Part shown: positions 22,671 to 31,976 of the stretch, in pieces
Numbering within the stretch: position 1 is the first letter of the stretch
Layout: every line of letters starts with the position of its first letter
Source of the DNA: Gemmatales bacterium
GTDB taxonomy: Bacteria; Planctomycetota; Planctomycetia; Gemmatales; HRBIN36
Assembly (NCBI GenBank): GCA_041640595.1
Contig: JBEPZY010000002.1
Location: forward strand, 50,884-114,883
Reading direction: 5' to 3'
DNA: 64,000 bases
The notes under the pieces: generated by a model
What the model was told of the DNA's origin: nothing
What the model saw: the letters and a program-made list of their open reading frames with translations, nothing else
Databases searched by the model: none
Position numbers and translations under genes: made by a program

Positions 22671-22991
22671 GGTGATTTCTCCTATCCATGATGTGGCGAT
22701 TCATTGAACTATTATACGGCACGCCCCACACAGAGATTGGCCGGGATGTTTCTCTCGCCGATGCGGTGTTGCGTGAGCCGGTGTTGCTTGCCAGGCCTAT
22801 CGCCTGGTGTTCGCTGGATACATTACCGCTGGCCAATGCTTCCACCGAGCCTGGATTGTTTCAAGCCAGCGACAGTAAACAACCATGCACGCCGGGCAAG
22901 CCAGGGTCGTTCGCTGTTCGGTTTGCATTGCCGGATGCGGCATGATCAGGGAGACTGGTCAGCGTTGAGTGTGGGGCATAAGATCGCGGCA

Positions 22992-23355
22992 GCCGACAGG
23001 TGCCTGACGTGGTGCCAGTCCATCGCCGGGCAAGAGACGGCAGGTGTCAGTTCACCGACAATGCTGCGAGGAATGCGTCAGCCTGCCGGGATGCTCGGCA
23101 TCTTGCCGCGGTGATCGGCTGAGCGCTGCGTCGGGAGAATAGGGAAGTACGGTGCGAATCCGTCGCGGGGCCGCCGCTGTGTTCGGCCAGGCTCCACGGC
23201 TGGGGTAGCCCGAACGGGACTATCCGGCCACTGCGGTCTGTGCGTGGCGAACCAGTCTCCGCATCGGCAGGAGGCATTCGCCATGGACACGTTTGCCGTG
23301 GGAAGGCTGTCGTGGGGCCGCTATGAGCCGTCAGCCAGAAGACCTGCCTGTCGGC
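22992..23355 (+). promoter_or_regulatory. Cobalamin riboswitch with long insertions
   Basis: P1 GCCGACAGG(22992-23000)/CCTGTCGGC(23347-23355); AATAGGGAAGTACGGTGCGAATCCGT; GCCGCCGCTGT; GCCACTG; GGGAAGG; B12 box AGCCAGAAGACCTGCC. Confidence 0.92.
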
Positions 23356-23518
23356 GTCGGCAATCCACGGTGGGGAATGTCTCCGCTGTGGGGAGGATGC
23401 TTCGGCCCTCAAGCATCCGGCGGACGCGCGACTTTCTGCCAAACCCGGGCCGCGTCGGCGCCTCGGGGGCCGAAGCAGTATGCTTCCTGAAGCCCGGCCC
23501 GGCAGAAAGGAGCGTGTC

Positions 23519-24445
23519 ATGCTGCACTGCTTCCTGTGCTCCCACTGCGCTTCTGTCCTACGCACGTCACAAGTGGACGTGGATTATGCTCGCCGGCTCG
23601 TCAAGCGGTCAACGGATCGCGTCCCGGCAACGTGTTCCCACCGGTTGTTCAGGTGGCGGAGCGGTTTTACGCTGGTGGAGCTGCTGGTGGTGATTGCCAT
23701 CATTGGGCTGTTGATGGCCCTGTTGCTCCCGGCGATACAACGGGCCCGCGAAGCTGCCAACCGTGCCCGCTGTGCCAACAACCTCCGTCAGCTGCTCATC
23801 GCCGCCCATAACTACGCCACCGCGAACAGCGACGTCCTGCCGCCCGGACTGATCAGCGACACCAGCGGCAATACCTACTGGTTCGGCAAAACGTTACCGG
23901 GTTCGCCTCTGGGTACGGTGGATGTGACCCAGGGCTGGCTCACCCCGTATTACGAACGCAATCGGCAGGTCACCATGTGCCCGAATTTTCCCAGGGATCG
24001 CGTGGTGCTCAAGTACGAAGGAGGCACGGGTGGCTACGGTTACAACTACAAATACCTGGCTCCAATCAGCTGGGCGAATCAGAGCGGCACCTGGATCACG
24101 CAGTGGACGCCGATCACCCTCGGCCAGGTTCAGGCCACCAGCCGCACCATTGCCTTCACCGACAGCCTTGGCACCGACACGTTCTCGGCTGGGACGCCCA
24201 GCAATCCAGCGCTGATTGAAGTGCCGCTTATTGAACCGCCCAGCGGACGTTATCCGACGGTGCATTTTCGGCATGGCGGCGGACGGGTGGCGAATGTGGC
24301 GTTCCTGGACGGCCACGTGGAAGGATTTTCCCCAGGCACCCGCAATCCCGCCGCACCGTGGGACCCACCGTCGCTTACCGCTTTCCGCGACCAGTGGAGC
24401 ATCTTCGACATCGGCACCAACGACGAACTCTGGGACCGCGAATAA
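23519..24445 (+). CDS. DUF1559 protein with prepilin-type N-terminal cleavage/methylation motif and H-X9-DG motif
   Basis: [32 protein letters not shown]...[27 protein letters not shown]; start chosen from the AAGGAG RBS. Confidence 0.92.
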   Translation: MLHCFLCSHCASVLRTSQVDVDYARRLVKRSTDRVPATCSHRLFRWRSGFTLVELLVVIAIIGLLMALLLPAIQRAREAANRARCANNLRQLLIAAHNYATANSDVLPPGLISDTSGNTYWFGKTLPGSPLGTVDVTQGWLTPYYERNRQVTMCPNFPRDRVVLKYEGGTGGYGYNYKYLAPISWANQSGTWITQWTPITLGQVQATSRTIAFTDSLGTDTFSAGTPSNPALIEVPLIEPPSGRYPTVHFRHGGGRVANVAFLDGHVEGFSPGTRNPAAPWDPPSLTAFRDQWSIFDIGTNDELWDRE

Positions 24446-24508
24446 AACCGCGATAACTCGCATACGCTGGCACCGTAACCACTGGAAACCCGCCGGCGTT
24501 TCCGGGTA

Positions 24509-25050
24509 GTGCGGCGGGCTCACGCCCCGCGACAACTTCTTCAAATTGGAAGTAAACGACACTCTGCCAAGTCCTGTTTCCCAATCCCACGGCGGGCTGA
24601 CGCCCGCCGCTCTTGTGAATGTGCGTTCGCATATCGCAAAATCGCCGTTTCTCCGGCGAGCGGACACCATGCACCAAGAGCGGTCGGCGTAAGCCGACCG
24701 TGGAGCCCCAGCGACTCAGTTCACAAAAACCACCTGCATCTGCAAGTGCGTTACCGAACCACGGCGGGCTCACGCCCGCCGCTCTTGTGAATGTGCGTTC
24801 GCATATCGCAAAATCGCCGTTTCTCCGGCGAGCGGACACCATGCACCAAGAGCGGTCGGCGTAAGCCGACCGTGGAGCCCCAGCGACTCAGTTCACAAAA
24901 ACCACCTGCATCTGCAAGTGCGTTACCGAACCACGGCGGGCTCACGCCCGCCGCTCCTGATTGTGGCGGCGACAGTTGCCGAACATTACGCAATTCTTCT
25001 CGCACACCGTGCGTAATGCGAACCACGGCGGGCTGACGCCCGCCGCTCTT
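24509..25050. repeat. REP/BIME-like array 4 with a 172-bp tandem duplication
   Basis: Palindrome copies at 24587, 24759 and 24931 (period 172), with inverse variant GAGCGGTCGGCGTAAGCCGACCGTGG; lies between convergent genes. Confidence 0.9.
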
Positions 25051-25173
25051 GATCCTCGGAGTGATGTCGCTTCACCGACTGGCTCGGAATAGCGGCCGGA
25101 AGTGCGACTACTGATTCACGGCTAACGCTTGGGGCGAACGCTCGCGCTTGCTGATGGAACGACGCTGGCGACG

Positions 25174-26274
25174 CTAAACCTGGTACACGCTTTGCCAGGC
25201 GTGGCCGCGATGTCCGAACCCCAGCCGATCCGGATGCAGCATCTCCGCCAGAATTTCGACGGACTCGGCCAGACGTGGGCCGGGACGGTTGAAGTACTGG
25301 TTGCCGTCCGCGACAAAGACCTGGCGATGCCGCACTGCGTAGAGGTGCTGCCAGCCAGGCAATCGCTCCAGAACATGGATTTCCTGCAAGCTGCGCTGCA
25401 TGTCCCAGCCGCACGGTATCAGGATGATGACTTCCGGATCGGCCTGGACTAAATCCTGGTAACGAAGATAGGCCGAAGGTTTGCCGGCTTCGTCAAGAAC
25501 AGGCACGCCACCGGCCAGGTGAACTAATTCCGGCATCCAGTTGCCCGCACCCATAAGCGGATCAAGCCATTCCAGGCAGATGACAGTGGGACGATGGGCG
25601 TTCCTGGGCAAGACCAGGTTCACCTGCTGCATACGTTGCTTCAGGCGGGCGACAAGTTGCTCGGCTTTCTCGCTCGCGCCCAGGGCATTGCCGATGTCGA
25701 GCATTCCCTGCCAGACGTCAGCCAGAGAATGCGGCTTGAGGGCAACGATGGTCGGTGGGCCGGAAGGTAGTTCCTCGGTGTCCTGCACGGCGAGGCGCTC
25801 AGTTGGGAAGTGGCCGGCACCCTGATGCGTTGCTCCATCCGTTGCTGCGGCATTCGGGGTGGATTCGGGACTGGCGGAATCCGCAAAACTCGCCGCTATT
25901 TCGTTCCCATCCGAAACCGGAGCCGGCATGTTCCACGTACAAATGGCCTGTTCTACATCGCGGAGACTGACGGCGCAGACCTCGCAATGATCCTGGGTAA
26001 CGATCACTGTCGGGCGGAGCAGCCGCAGCAGTTCGGCATTGATCCAGTAAACCGGTTCGCCACGCCGGACTACCTCGCGTACCTGTTCGTCAATGGCACG
26101 ACTGTTTCCGGAAACGTCAATGCGTGGCCCGGTCAGTACGGGCAGGCGTTCGACTTCCGGGGGATAATCGCACTCATGCGATCGGCCCACCAGAAACCGG
26201 CCCATACCCAGGGCGTAGATGGTTTCGGTAGCGCTGGCCAGTAACGAGACGATTCGCGGCTGCATGTTTGGCAT
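25174..26274 (-). CDS. BtuF-like cobalamin/Fe-siderophore substrate-binding protein
   Basis: RIVSLLASATETIYALG, VGRSHECDYP, VTQDHCEVCAV, LEWLDP...GNWMPE, DGNQYFNRPGPRL; no obvious signal peptide. Confidence 0.8.
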   Translation of the reverse strand: MPNMQPRIVSLLASATETIYALGMGRFLVGRSHECDYPPEVERLPVLTGPRIDVSGNSRAIDEQVREVVRRGEPVYWINAELLRLLRPTVIVTQDHCEVCAVSLRDVEQAICTWNMPAPVSDGNEIAASFADSASPESTPNAAATDGATHQGAGHFPTERLAVQDTEELPSGPPTIVALKPHSLADVWQGMLDIGNALGASEKAEQLVARLKQRMQQVNLVLPRNAHRPTVICLEWLDPLMGAGNWMPELVHLAGGVPVLDEAGKPSAYLRYQDLVQADPEVIILIPCGWDMQRSLQEIHVLERLPGWQHLYAVRHRQVFVADGNQYFNRPGPRLAESVEILAEMLHPDRLGFGHRGHAWQSVYQV

Positions 26275-26375
26275 CCCGGCAGTGAGGCGACAGGCGAACC
26301 AGGATCGCTGCTGTCGCAGCCATTGCCTGCTGCATGATCGGTCGGCGACGTGGATGGCAACAGGGCGCGGTTATT

Positions 26376-28082
26376 CTATTTCTGCCTGAGCAACTGCAGA
26401 GCCTGGGTTCGGGCAATTTCCAGAACAGCGTTGTCGAGGGCTTGTTGCACGGCTGGGTCGTCCATCATTCCGGCCGGGTCGCCACCGTTGGGCAATTGCG
26501 GTTTGATCAGCACATCGGGCTGGATACCACGGCCGCTCACGGTTTCGCCGTTAGGCAACAACCAGCGGGCCGCCGTCATGCGAGTGCCGCCTGCCTGTCC
26601 CCGCGCCAGCTCCAGCACATACTGCACTTCCGCTTTGCCCCGGGTCGGTTGACCGGCGACCAGTGCCTGAATGTGTCCCAGTCGGGCATGCGCTTGCAGA
26701 GCTCCCGCCAGCATCTCGGCTGCGCTGGCCGTCTTTTCATCTACCAGCACGACCACCGGCAACAGCCAGTCGTCGCCCCGCTGTGCCAGATAATGATGAT
26801 TCCACTCCGGAATGCGGCTTTGCACCACCGCCAGCGTCCCTGCAGGGATAAAGCGATCGGCAACCTGAAGAGCAGCCGTGACCAGTCCCCCGCGATTGCC
26901 CCGCAAGTCCAGCACCAGCGCACGCATTCCCTGACTGCTCAAATCCTGCAAAGCGCGATCAAACTCCCGCACCGTTCGTGTCTGGAACAACTCGACCCGA
27001 ATGTACCCGACCCCTTCCATGCTATCGAGCATACTCCGCCGCACGGTTACCGTATCCGCTGGCGTCTGGCGCGTCAGCAGGAATTCCCGCGTTTCACCTT
27101 CCTCGGTCTGAACCGTAACCGCGACCCGCGTCCCTTTGCGCCCCAGTAAACGTAACCAGACCCCTTCCAGACTCTCCTGGTCCACGGATTCGCTCTGAAT
27201 AGCCAGGAGTCGGCTGCCGACACGCAGACCCTGTCGCGCAGCATCACTGTCCGGGGCGACACCGAGGATAATAATCCCGTCGTCAGTGGCAGTAATATCC
27301 AGGCCAGGCGTAGCTGTGTGCGGATCGGCGAGCAATTTCTCCAGCAACACAGCGGTCGGCGTCAGGTATTCGCCATACGCATCCAGAGCTTCGCAGCCGG
27401 CGGCGAGACATTCCCACACGGTCAACACCGGCCGCATTTGTTCCCGCAACTGCATCCGTCGCGCCTGCCGACGCAGTTCGTGTAACAGTTCTGCCTTGTT
27501 TGACGGCTGCACCGTTGCCAGCTCGGCAAACCATTCCCGAAGCCGTTGCCTCCGTTCAGCTGTGGGTGCCCTGTCGAACGCCAGCTCGGCAAAGGCCGGG
27601 TTGTCCAGGGCCCAGTTCAGGTGTTCCCAACCGCGCCGCCAGATGGCCGCCAGCGTTAGCTCGCCGACAAAAACGTGCTCGGCATAATCCACAAACTCAC
27701 TGTAAACGGCCAGCGCTTCGTCGAAATCCAGCTTAGCCAGCCAGGCTCGCAGCTGGCGATCCTGGTAGCGCTGGCGAATCCGCTCCTGGGTCAGGCACCG
27801 CCGCAACGCTTCCCGCCAGGCGGTTTGATCCGGCTCCCGTTCAAGCAACCGGGCATAAATGGCGGCGGCAGTGAGCCAGCGGTGCGCCTGTTCGTGTTGT
27901 TCGGCCTGAGCGAGCAACTCCGGGGCATCGGTTACCGGGGCCGTCTGCGCCAGCGTCTCGCTTGTGATAAACACCAGTGCCAGCACGAAACCGCTGGCCA
28001 GCCACAAGCATTTCCGTCTGTTCCGTTGTGCCCGGTCAACGACCACGCCCATCCCCGTTTTTACCCGCAGGCCGACCTGCAT
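26376..28082 (-). CDS. CtpA/Prc-like S41A peptidase with PDZ domain (start uncertain)
   Basis: N-terminal TM/signal; GVGYIRV, LDLRGNRGG, TASAAEMLAGAL, GQPTRGKA, GRGIQPDV. Confidence 0.88.
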   Translation of the reverse strand: MQVGLRVKTGMGVVVDRAQRNRRKCLWLASGFVLALVFITSETLAQTAPVTDAPELLAQAEQHEQAHRWLTAAAIYARLLEREPDQTAWREALRRCLTQERIRQRYQDRQLRAWLAKLDFDEALAVYSEFVDYAEHVFVGELTLAAIWRRGWEHLNWALDNPAFAELAFDRAPTAERRQRLREWFAELATVQPSNKAELLHELRRQARRMQLREQMRPVLTVWECLAAGCEALDAYGEYLTPTAVLLEKLLADPHTATPGLDITATDDGIIILGVAPDSDAARQGLRVGSRLLAIQSESVDQESLEGVWLRLLGRKGTRVAVTVQTEEGETREFLLTRQTPADTVTVRRSMLDSMEGVGYIRVELFQTRTVREFDRALQDLSSQGMRALVLDLRGNRGGLVTAALQVADRFIPAGTLAVVQSRIPEWNHHYLAQRGDDWLLPVVVLVDEKTASAAEMLAGALQAHARLGHIQALVAGQPTRGKAEVQYVLELARGQAGGTRMTAARWLLPNGETVSGRGIQPDVLIKPQLPNGGDPAGMMDDPAVQQALDNAVLEIARTQALQLLRQK

Positions 28083-28298
28083 AATCGCACTCCTGAGATT
28101 ACTCCCCAATTACGACGAACCGCAAGCCCATACGGCCTGCGCTCTTCACGAAAATCGGCCAGCACTTTTCCGTATATGTTCCAATTACATCAGCGTCCAG
28201 CGGCACTGTCAACCTCGCTGGTCGAGCCTGAGCATTCCGCGATCCCGGCTGCGGATTCGCGCGAGTAGCCCGCCGTCTGCGCTCATCGCTTTGCTGGA

Positions 28299-29261
28299 TC
28301 ATTCGGCGGGCACGGGCGTGTATTCGAGACGATAGCGCCAGGGACGCTGGGCCGATCGAAGCTCCGGTGTCGGACGGGCGGCGAATTGTTTCCACAGTTC
28401 TTCCGCACGTTGCCGCTGGACATCGCCGCGATGCACATGGAAACCGTACCGCAAGGTCAGTGTCTCACCCTTGCGGAGCAGGTAAGCCTGGCGGAGATTG
28501 AAAGCAGCGCTCATCCAGCCATCGTCGCGGACATGCCAGCTGGTCGGATGACCGGGATTGTCGCGATGGTCAAACCAGGTGATGCCTTCCCAATGCTCGG
28601 GGCTACGATCGGCTGCGCCCGATGCGCCCGCACTCGGGCCACTGTAATCCGTCCAGCGTGCCGGTTTGGCGAAAATCTGGGCCTCGCCGATGCCCCCTTC
28701 GCTGTTGCTAAGACGACCGCCACCGTAATGGGCGGAGATACTCCGGGCCACACGCAGTCCGGCAAAACCGAAGTTGGTTTGTCCCAGCCGAAGCTCGGCC
28801 AGCGGCGTCGTGAATTGCAAACACCATTCGAGCCACAATTCCTCCTGCGGCAGTGGTTGCACGATGAGATAGAAATCCTGTTGCACCAGCAACGTGTTGT
28901 GGGCGTCGAACCAGCCGAGCCGAACCGCCATACCGCCGTAGCTTTCCCCGTCTTGATAATGCAACCATTGCATCTGGCGGATTTGCTGGCGATTGGTCGG
29001 TCGCTCTTCCCAGAAATTGATCCCGGCCACATCGCGGTGGCCGAACCACCAGGAGCGATGGTGCTCGTGGTTGGAATCGGCAGGATGACCCATCCGCGTC
29101 AGCATTCGCCCGGACGGGCCGATCACCGGCCAGAAAAACGGCCGCGGATGCCGGGCACCGTAGTGCCAGCGTAATCGTTCCTTTCCGGCCACGCAGAAGG
29201 AGACCTGTTCGTCGGGAGCGGGCACGACTTCGACCGGCAAGCTCGGTTTGCCTGCGGACAT
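28299..29261 (-). CDS. Pfam 'PmoA'/DUF6807-like protein of unknown function (not a methane monooxygenase)
   Basis: RPFFWPVIGPSG..LTR, HEHHRSWWFGH, NFWEE, GFAGLRVA, WHVRDDGW; AAGGAG RBS. Confidence 0.65.
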   Translation of the reverse strand: MSAGKPSLPVEVVPAPDEQVSFCVAGKERLRWHYGARHPRPFFWPVIGPSGRMLTRMGHPADSNHEHHRSWWFGHRDVAGINFWEERPTNRQQIRQMQWLHYQDGESYGGMAVRLGWFDAHNTLLVQQDFYLIVQPLPQEELWLEWCLQFTTPLAELRLGQTNFGFAGLRVARSISAHYGGGRLSNSEGGIGEAQIFAKPARWTDYSGPSAGASGAADRSPEHWEGITWFDHRDNPGHPTSWHVRDDGWMSAAFNLRQAYLLRKGETLTLRYGFHVHRGDVQRQRAEELWKQFAARPTPELRSAQRPWRYRLEYTPVPAE

Positions 29262-29679
29262 GGCTGACTCCTTGGTGAGTCTGGCGACGCTCTGCCCAAA
29301 CCATATCCCGCCACCCAGCGCCCGGCCAGCATTCCCGCTCAGAGAGTGGGAACGCGCTTGCTCTGTCGAAAACATAGTTGCGTGTGGGCGCAAACTAACG
29401 GCGAACGGCGTAAGCCACCACCCGCAGAGCCACTTCATTGTTCAACGTCCTCTCCCGCCACGTCCTCAACTGTGGCTGACAGTGTAGCGCCTGGCTACCA
29501 AGTTAACTCTACCGCCGCGCCGTCCACCGCGACTCAGTGCTACGCTCCAACCCACTGATGAACGATTCCACGTGCCAAAACCATTTCACTACCAACCTCG
29601 TCCTTAACTAAGTAAGATGGCGCCGCGAACCTTTCCGAGTGGCCCCATTGGGCCGACAATTCAAGTAAGGAGAGCAGCT

Positions 29680-31308
29680 ATGTGTGGGAAGCTGCGAGGC
29701 AGAATGGCAACGGTGATGTTGGTTGGGATGATGCTCGGCATAGCGAGGGTTTTCCTCGCGGCCCAGGAACCGCCCGAACAAGAGGCGAAGCCTGTTGCCC
29801 AAGCGCCGGCGGAACAAAAGCCGACACCCTTGCCGGAGGCCATTGAAAAAGCCTGGGCCGCTGCCGGAGCCGAAATCGGCTGGATGCGAATACGAATGCA
29901 AATTGATGAGCAGCTCTGGCGCGCTCCTGGGTATACGCTCATGTTCGTGCCCCGAGATGAGGGTCAGAAGGGGGACATTCCCGCGTTTCGGCTTCGGGCT
30001 TGGCAGGCGGGGTTGCTTCCTAAGCTCCCAGAACCACAAGTCCCCTTTGGTCTGGACCTCACCGAGCTACCGTTGACCGACAGATGGCTGGTGGATTTGC
30101 GAGATCTGAAGAATCTGCAAGCATTGAATTTGGGCGGCAGGCAGGTAACGGACGCGGGGCTGAAGGAACTGGCGGCACTGAAGAACCTGCAATGGCTGAA
30201 CCTGTGGGGCGCGCGGATAACGGACGCGGGGCTGAAGGAACTGGCGGCGCTGAAGAACTTGCAATGGCTGAGCCTGGGCTGCACGCAGATAACGGATGCG
30301 GGGCTGAAGAAACTGGCGGCACTGAAGTACCTGCAATGGCTGGACTTGTCCCGGACGCAGGTAACGGACGCGGGGCTGAAGGAACTGGCGGCGCTGAAGA
30401 ACTTGCAATGGCTGAGCCTGTGGGGCGCGCAGATAACCGACGCGGGGCTGAAGGAACTGGCAGCACTGAAGAGCCTGCAAACGCTCTACTTGGCGGCCAC
30501 GAAGATAACGGACGCGGGGCTGAAGGAACTGGCGGCACTGAAGAACCTGCAAGGGCTAGACTTGGCCTTCACGAAGATAACGAACGTGGGGCTGAAGGAA
30601 CTGGCGGCACTGAAGAACTTGCAAGGGCTGGACTTGGCGGCCACGAAGATAACGAACGCGGGACTCAACGAACTGGCGGCACTGAATAACCTGCAATGGC
30701 TGAGCCTGTGCGAAACGAAGATCACCGACGCGGGGCTGAAGAAACTGGCGGCATTGAAGAACTTGCAATGGCTGAGCCTGGGCGAAACGAAGATAACCGA
30801 CGCGGGGCTGAAGGAGCTGGCGGCACTGAAGAACCTGCAATGGCTGAACTTGGCCTGGACGCAGATAACCGATGCTGGGCTGAAGGAACTTGCCGGACTG
30901 AAGCTGAAAGACTTGTCAATCCCCGACGCTGCTCAAACCGACCTGGGGCTGAAGCATTACCTGGCGCTGATCGAACGGCCGACGACATTGGACTTGAGAT
31001 GCTGGCGAGTGACGGACGCGGGGCTGAAGGAACTGGCGGGACTGAACAACCTGCAAACTCTGAACCTGAGCAAGACGCACATAACCGACGCGGGGCTGAA
31101 GGAGCTGGCCGGACTGAAGAACCTGCAATGGCTGAGCCTGGCATGCACGGAGATAACCGACGCGGGGCTGAAGGAACTGGCGGCACTGAACAACCTGCAG
31201 GTATTGTTCCTCAACGAGGGCGTAACCGGACCTGGGGTCGAGGAATTGCGAAAGGCACTCCCGAAATGCGTCATCGACAGACTCGTCCCATTCAGGACCG
31301 GCGACTGA
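29680..31308 (+). CDS. Secreted leucine-rich-repeat protein 1 (about 16 x 24-aa repeats)
   Basis: Signal peptide; consensus NLQxLxLxxTxITDAGLKELAALK; C-cap ELRKALPKC. Confidence 0.93.
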   Translation: MCGKLRGRMATVMLVGMMLGIARVFLAAQEPPEQEAKPVAQAPAEQKPTPLPEAIEKAWAAAGAEIGWMRIRMQIDEQLWRAPGYTLMFVPRDEGQKGDIPAFRLRAWQAGLLPKLPEPQVPFGLDLTELPLTDRWLVDLRDLKNLQALNLGGRQVTDAGLKELAALKNLQWLNLWGARITDAGLKELAALKNLQWLSLGCTQITDAGLKKLAALKYLQWLDLSRTQVTDAGLKELAALKNLQWLSLWGAQITDAGLKELAALKSLQTLYLAATKITDAGLKELAALKNLQGLDLAFTKITNVGLKELAALKNLQGLDLAATKITNAGLNELAALNNLQWLSLCETKITDAGLKKLAALKNLQWLSLGETKITDAGLKELAALKNLQWLNLAWTQITDAGLKELAGLKLKDLSIPDAAQTDLGLKHYLALIERPTTLDLRCWRVTDAGLKELAGLNNLQTLNLSKTHITDAGLKELAGLKNLQWLSLACTEITDAGLKELAALNNLQVLFLNEGVTGPGVEELRKALPKCVIDRLVPFRTGD

Positions 31309-31367
31309 CGCTGGCGTCTAGGAATTGCGAAAGGCGCACCCGAACTGCGACATCAGGAAGAAGATAA

Positions 31368-31976
31368 AGCCCGCCGCTTTTCAGGCAACTATACGGTCGA
31401 ACCAGAGCATGGTCGCGCCGCTCACTCGCAAGATTGGCGGTTGGCGAATCGCCGCAGAACCGCCTCGCTTGGGCCAGGGTCGAAGCTGGCGCCCGACCGC
31501 AACATTGGCGGTTGCCGAATCGCCGCAGAACTGCCACACCTGAGCCAGGGTCGAAACTGGCGTTGTCGAGGCTCCACCGGTTGTGCGGATGTTTGTGCAC
31601 CTGAGCCAGGGTCGAAGCCGGCGCCCGACCGCAACATTCGCCGTTGGCGATCGTCGGAGAGGTGCCTGAGTCACGGTCGAAGCCGGCGTTGTCGTGGCTC
31701 CGCCGGTTGTGCGGATGTTTGTGCACCTGAGCCAGGCTCGAAGCTGGGCACCCGCTGCAAGATTCGCGCTTGGTGAATCGGCGCAGAGCCGGTTAAGGGT
31801 GGGCCAGGGTCGAAGCTGGCGCCCGACCGCAAGATTCGCGCTTAGCGAGTCCGCAGCCCCCGGGCTGCCACGAAGCGGCCCGCATCGCCGACTGCTGAAG
31901 CAGCGCGCATTACAATGACAGCAGCGGGCAGGCAACCGGTAAACGGTTCCCATCACCGAGCCGCAGGAGGAAAGAC
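31368..31976. repeat. Intergenic cassette copy 1, containing a second repeat family (GAGCCAGGGTCGAAGCTGGC)
   Basis: About 6 copies at 61-75-bp spacing; ends with TACAAT (31911-31916) and GGAGGAAAGAC-ATG; homologous to 33111-33650. Confidence 0.85.

Noticed and set aside
28299..29261. Particulate methane monooxygenase subunit
   Set aside because: A soluble protein with no TM helices and no pmoCB neighbours; only the family name is shared
31470..31840. ~65-bp periodic repeats in the LRR spacer as CRISPR
   Set aside because: The linkers are themselves repeated in alternation and the repeat copies are degenerate
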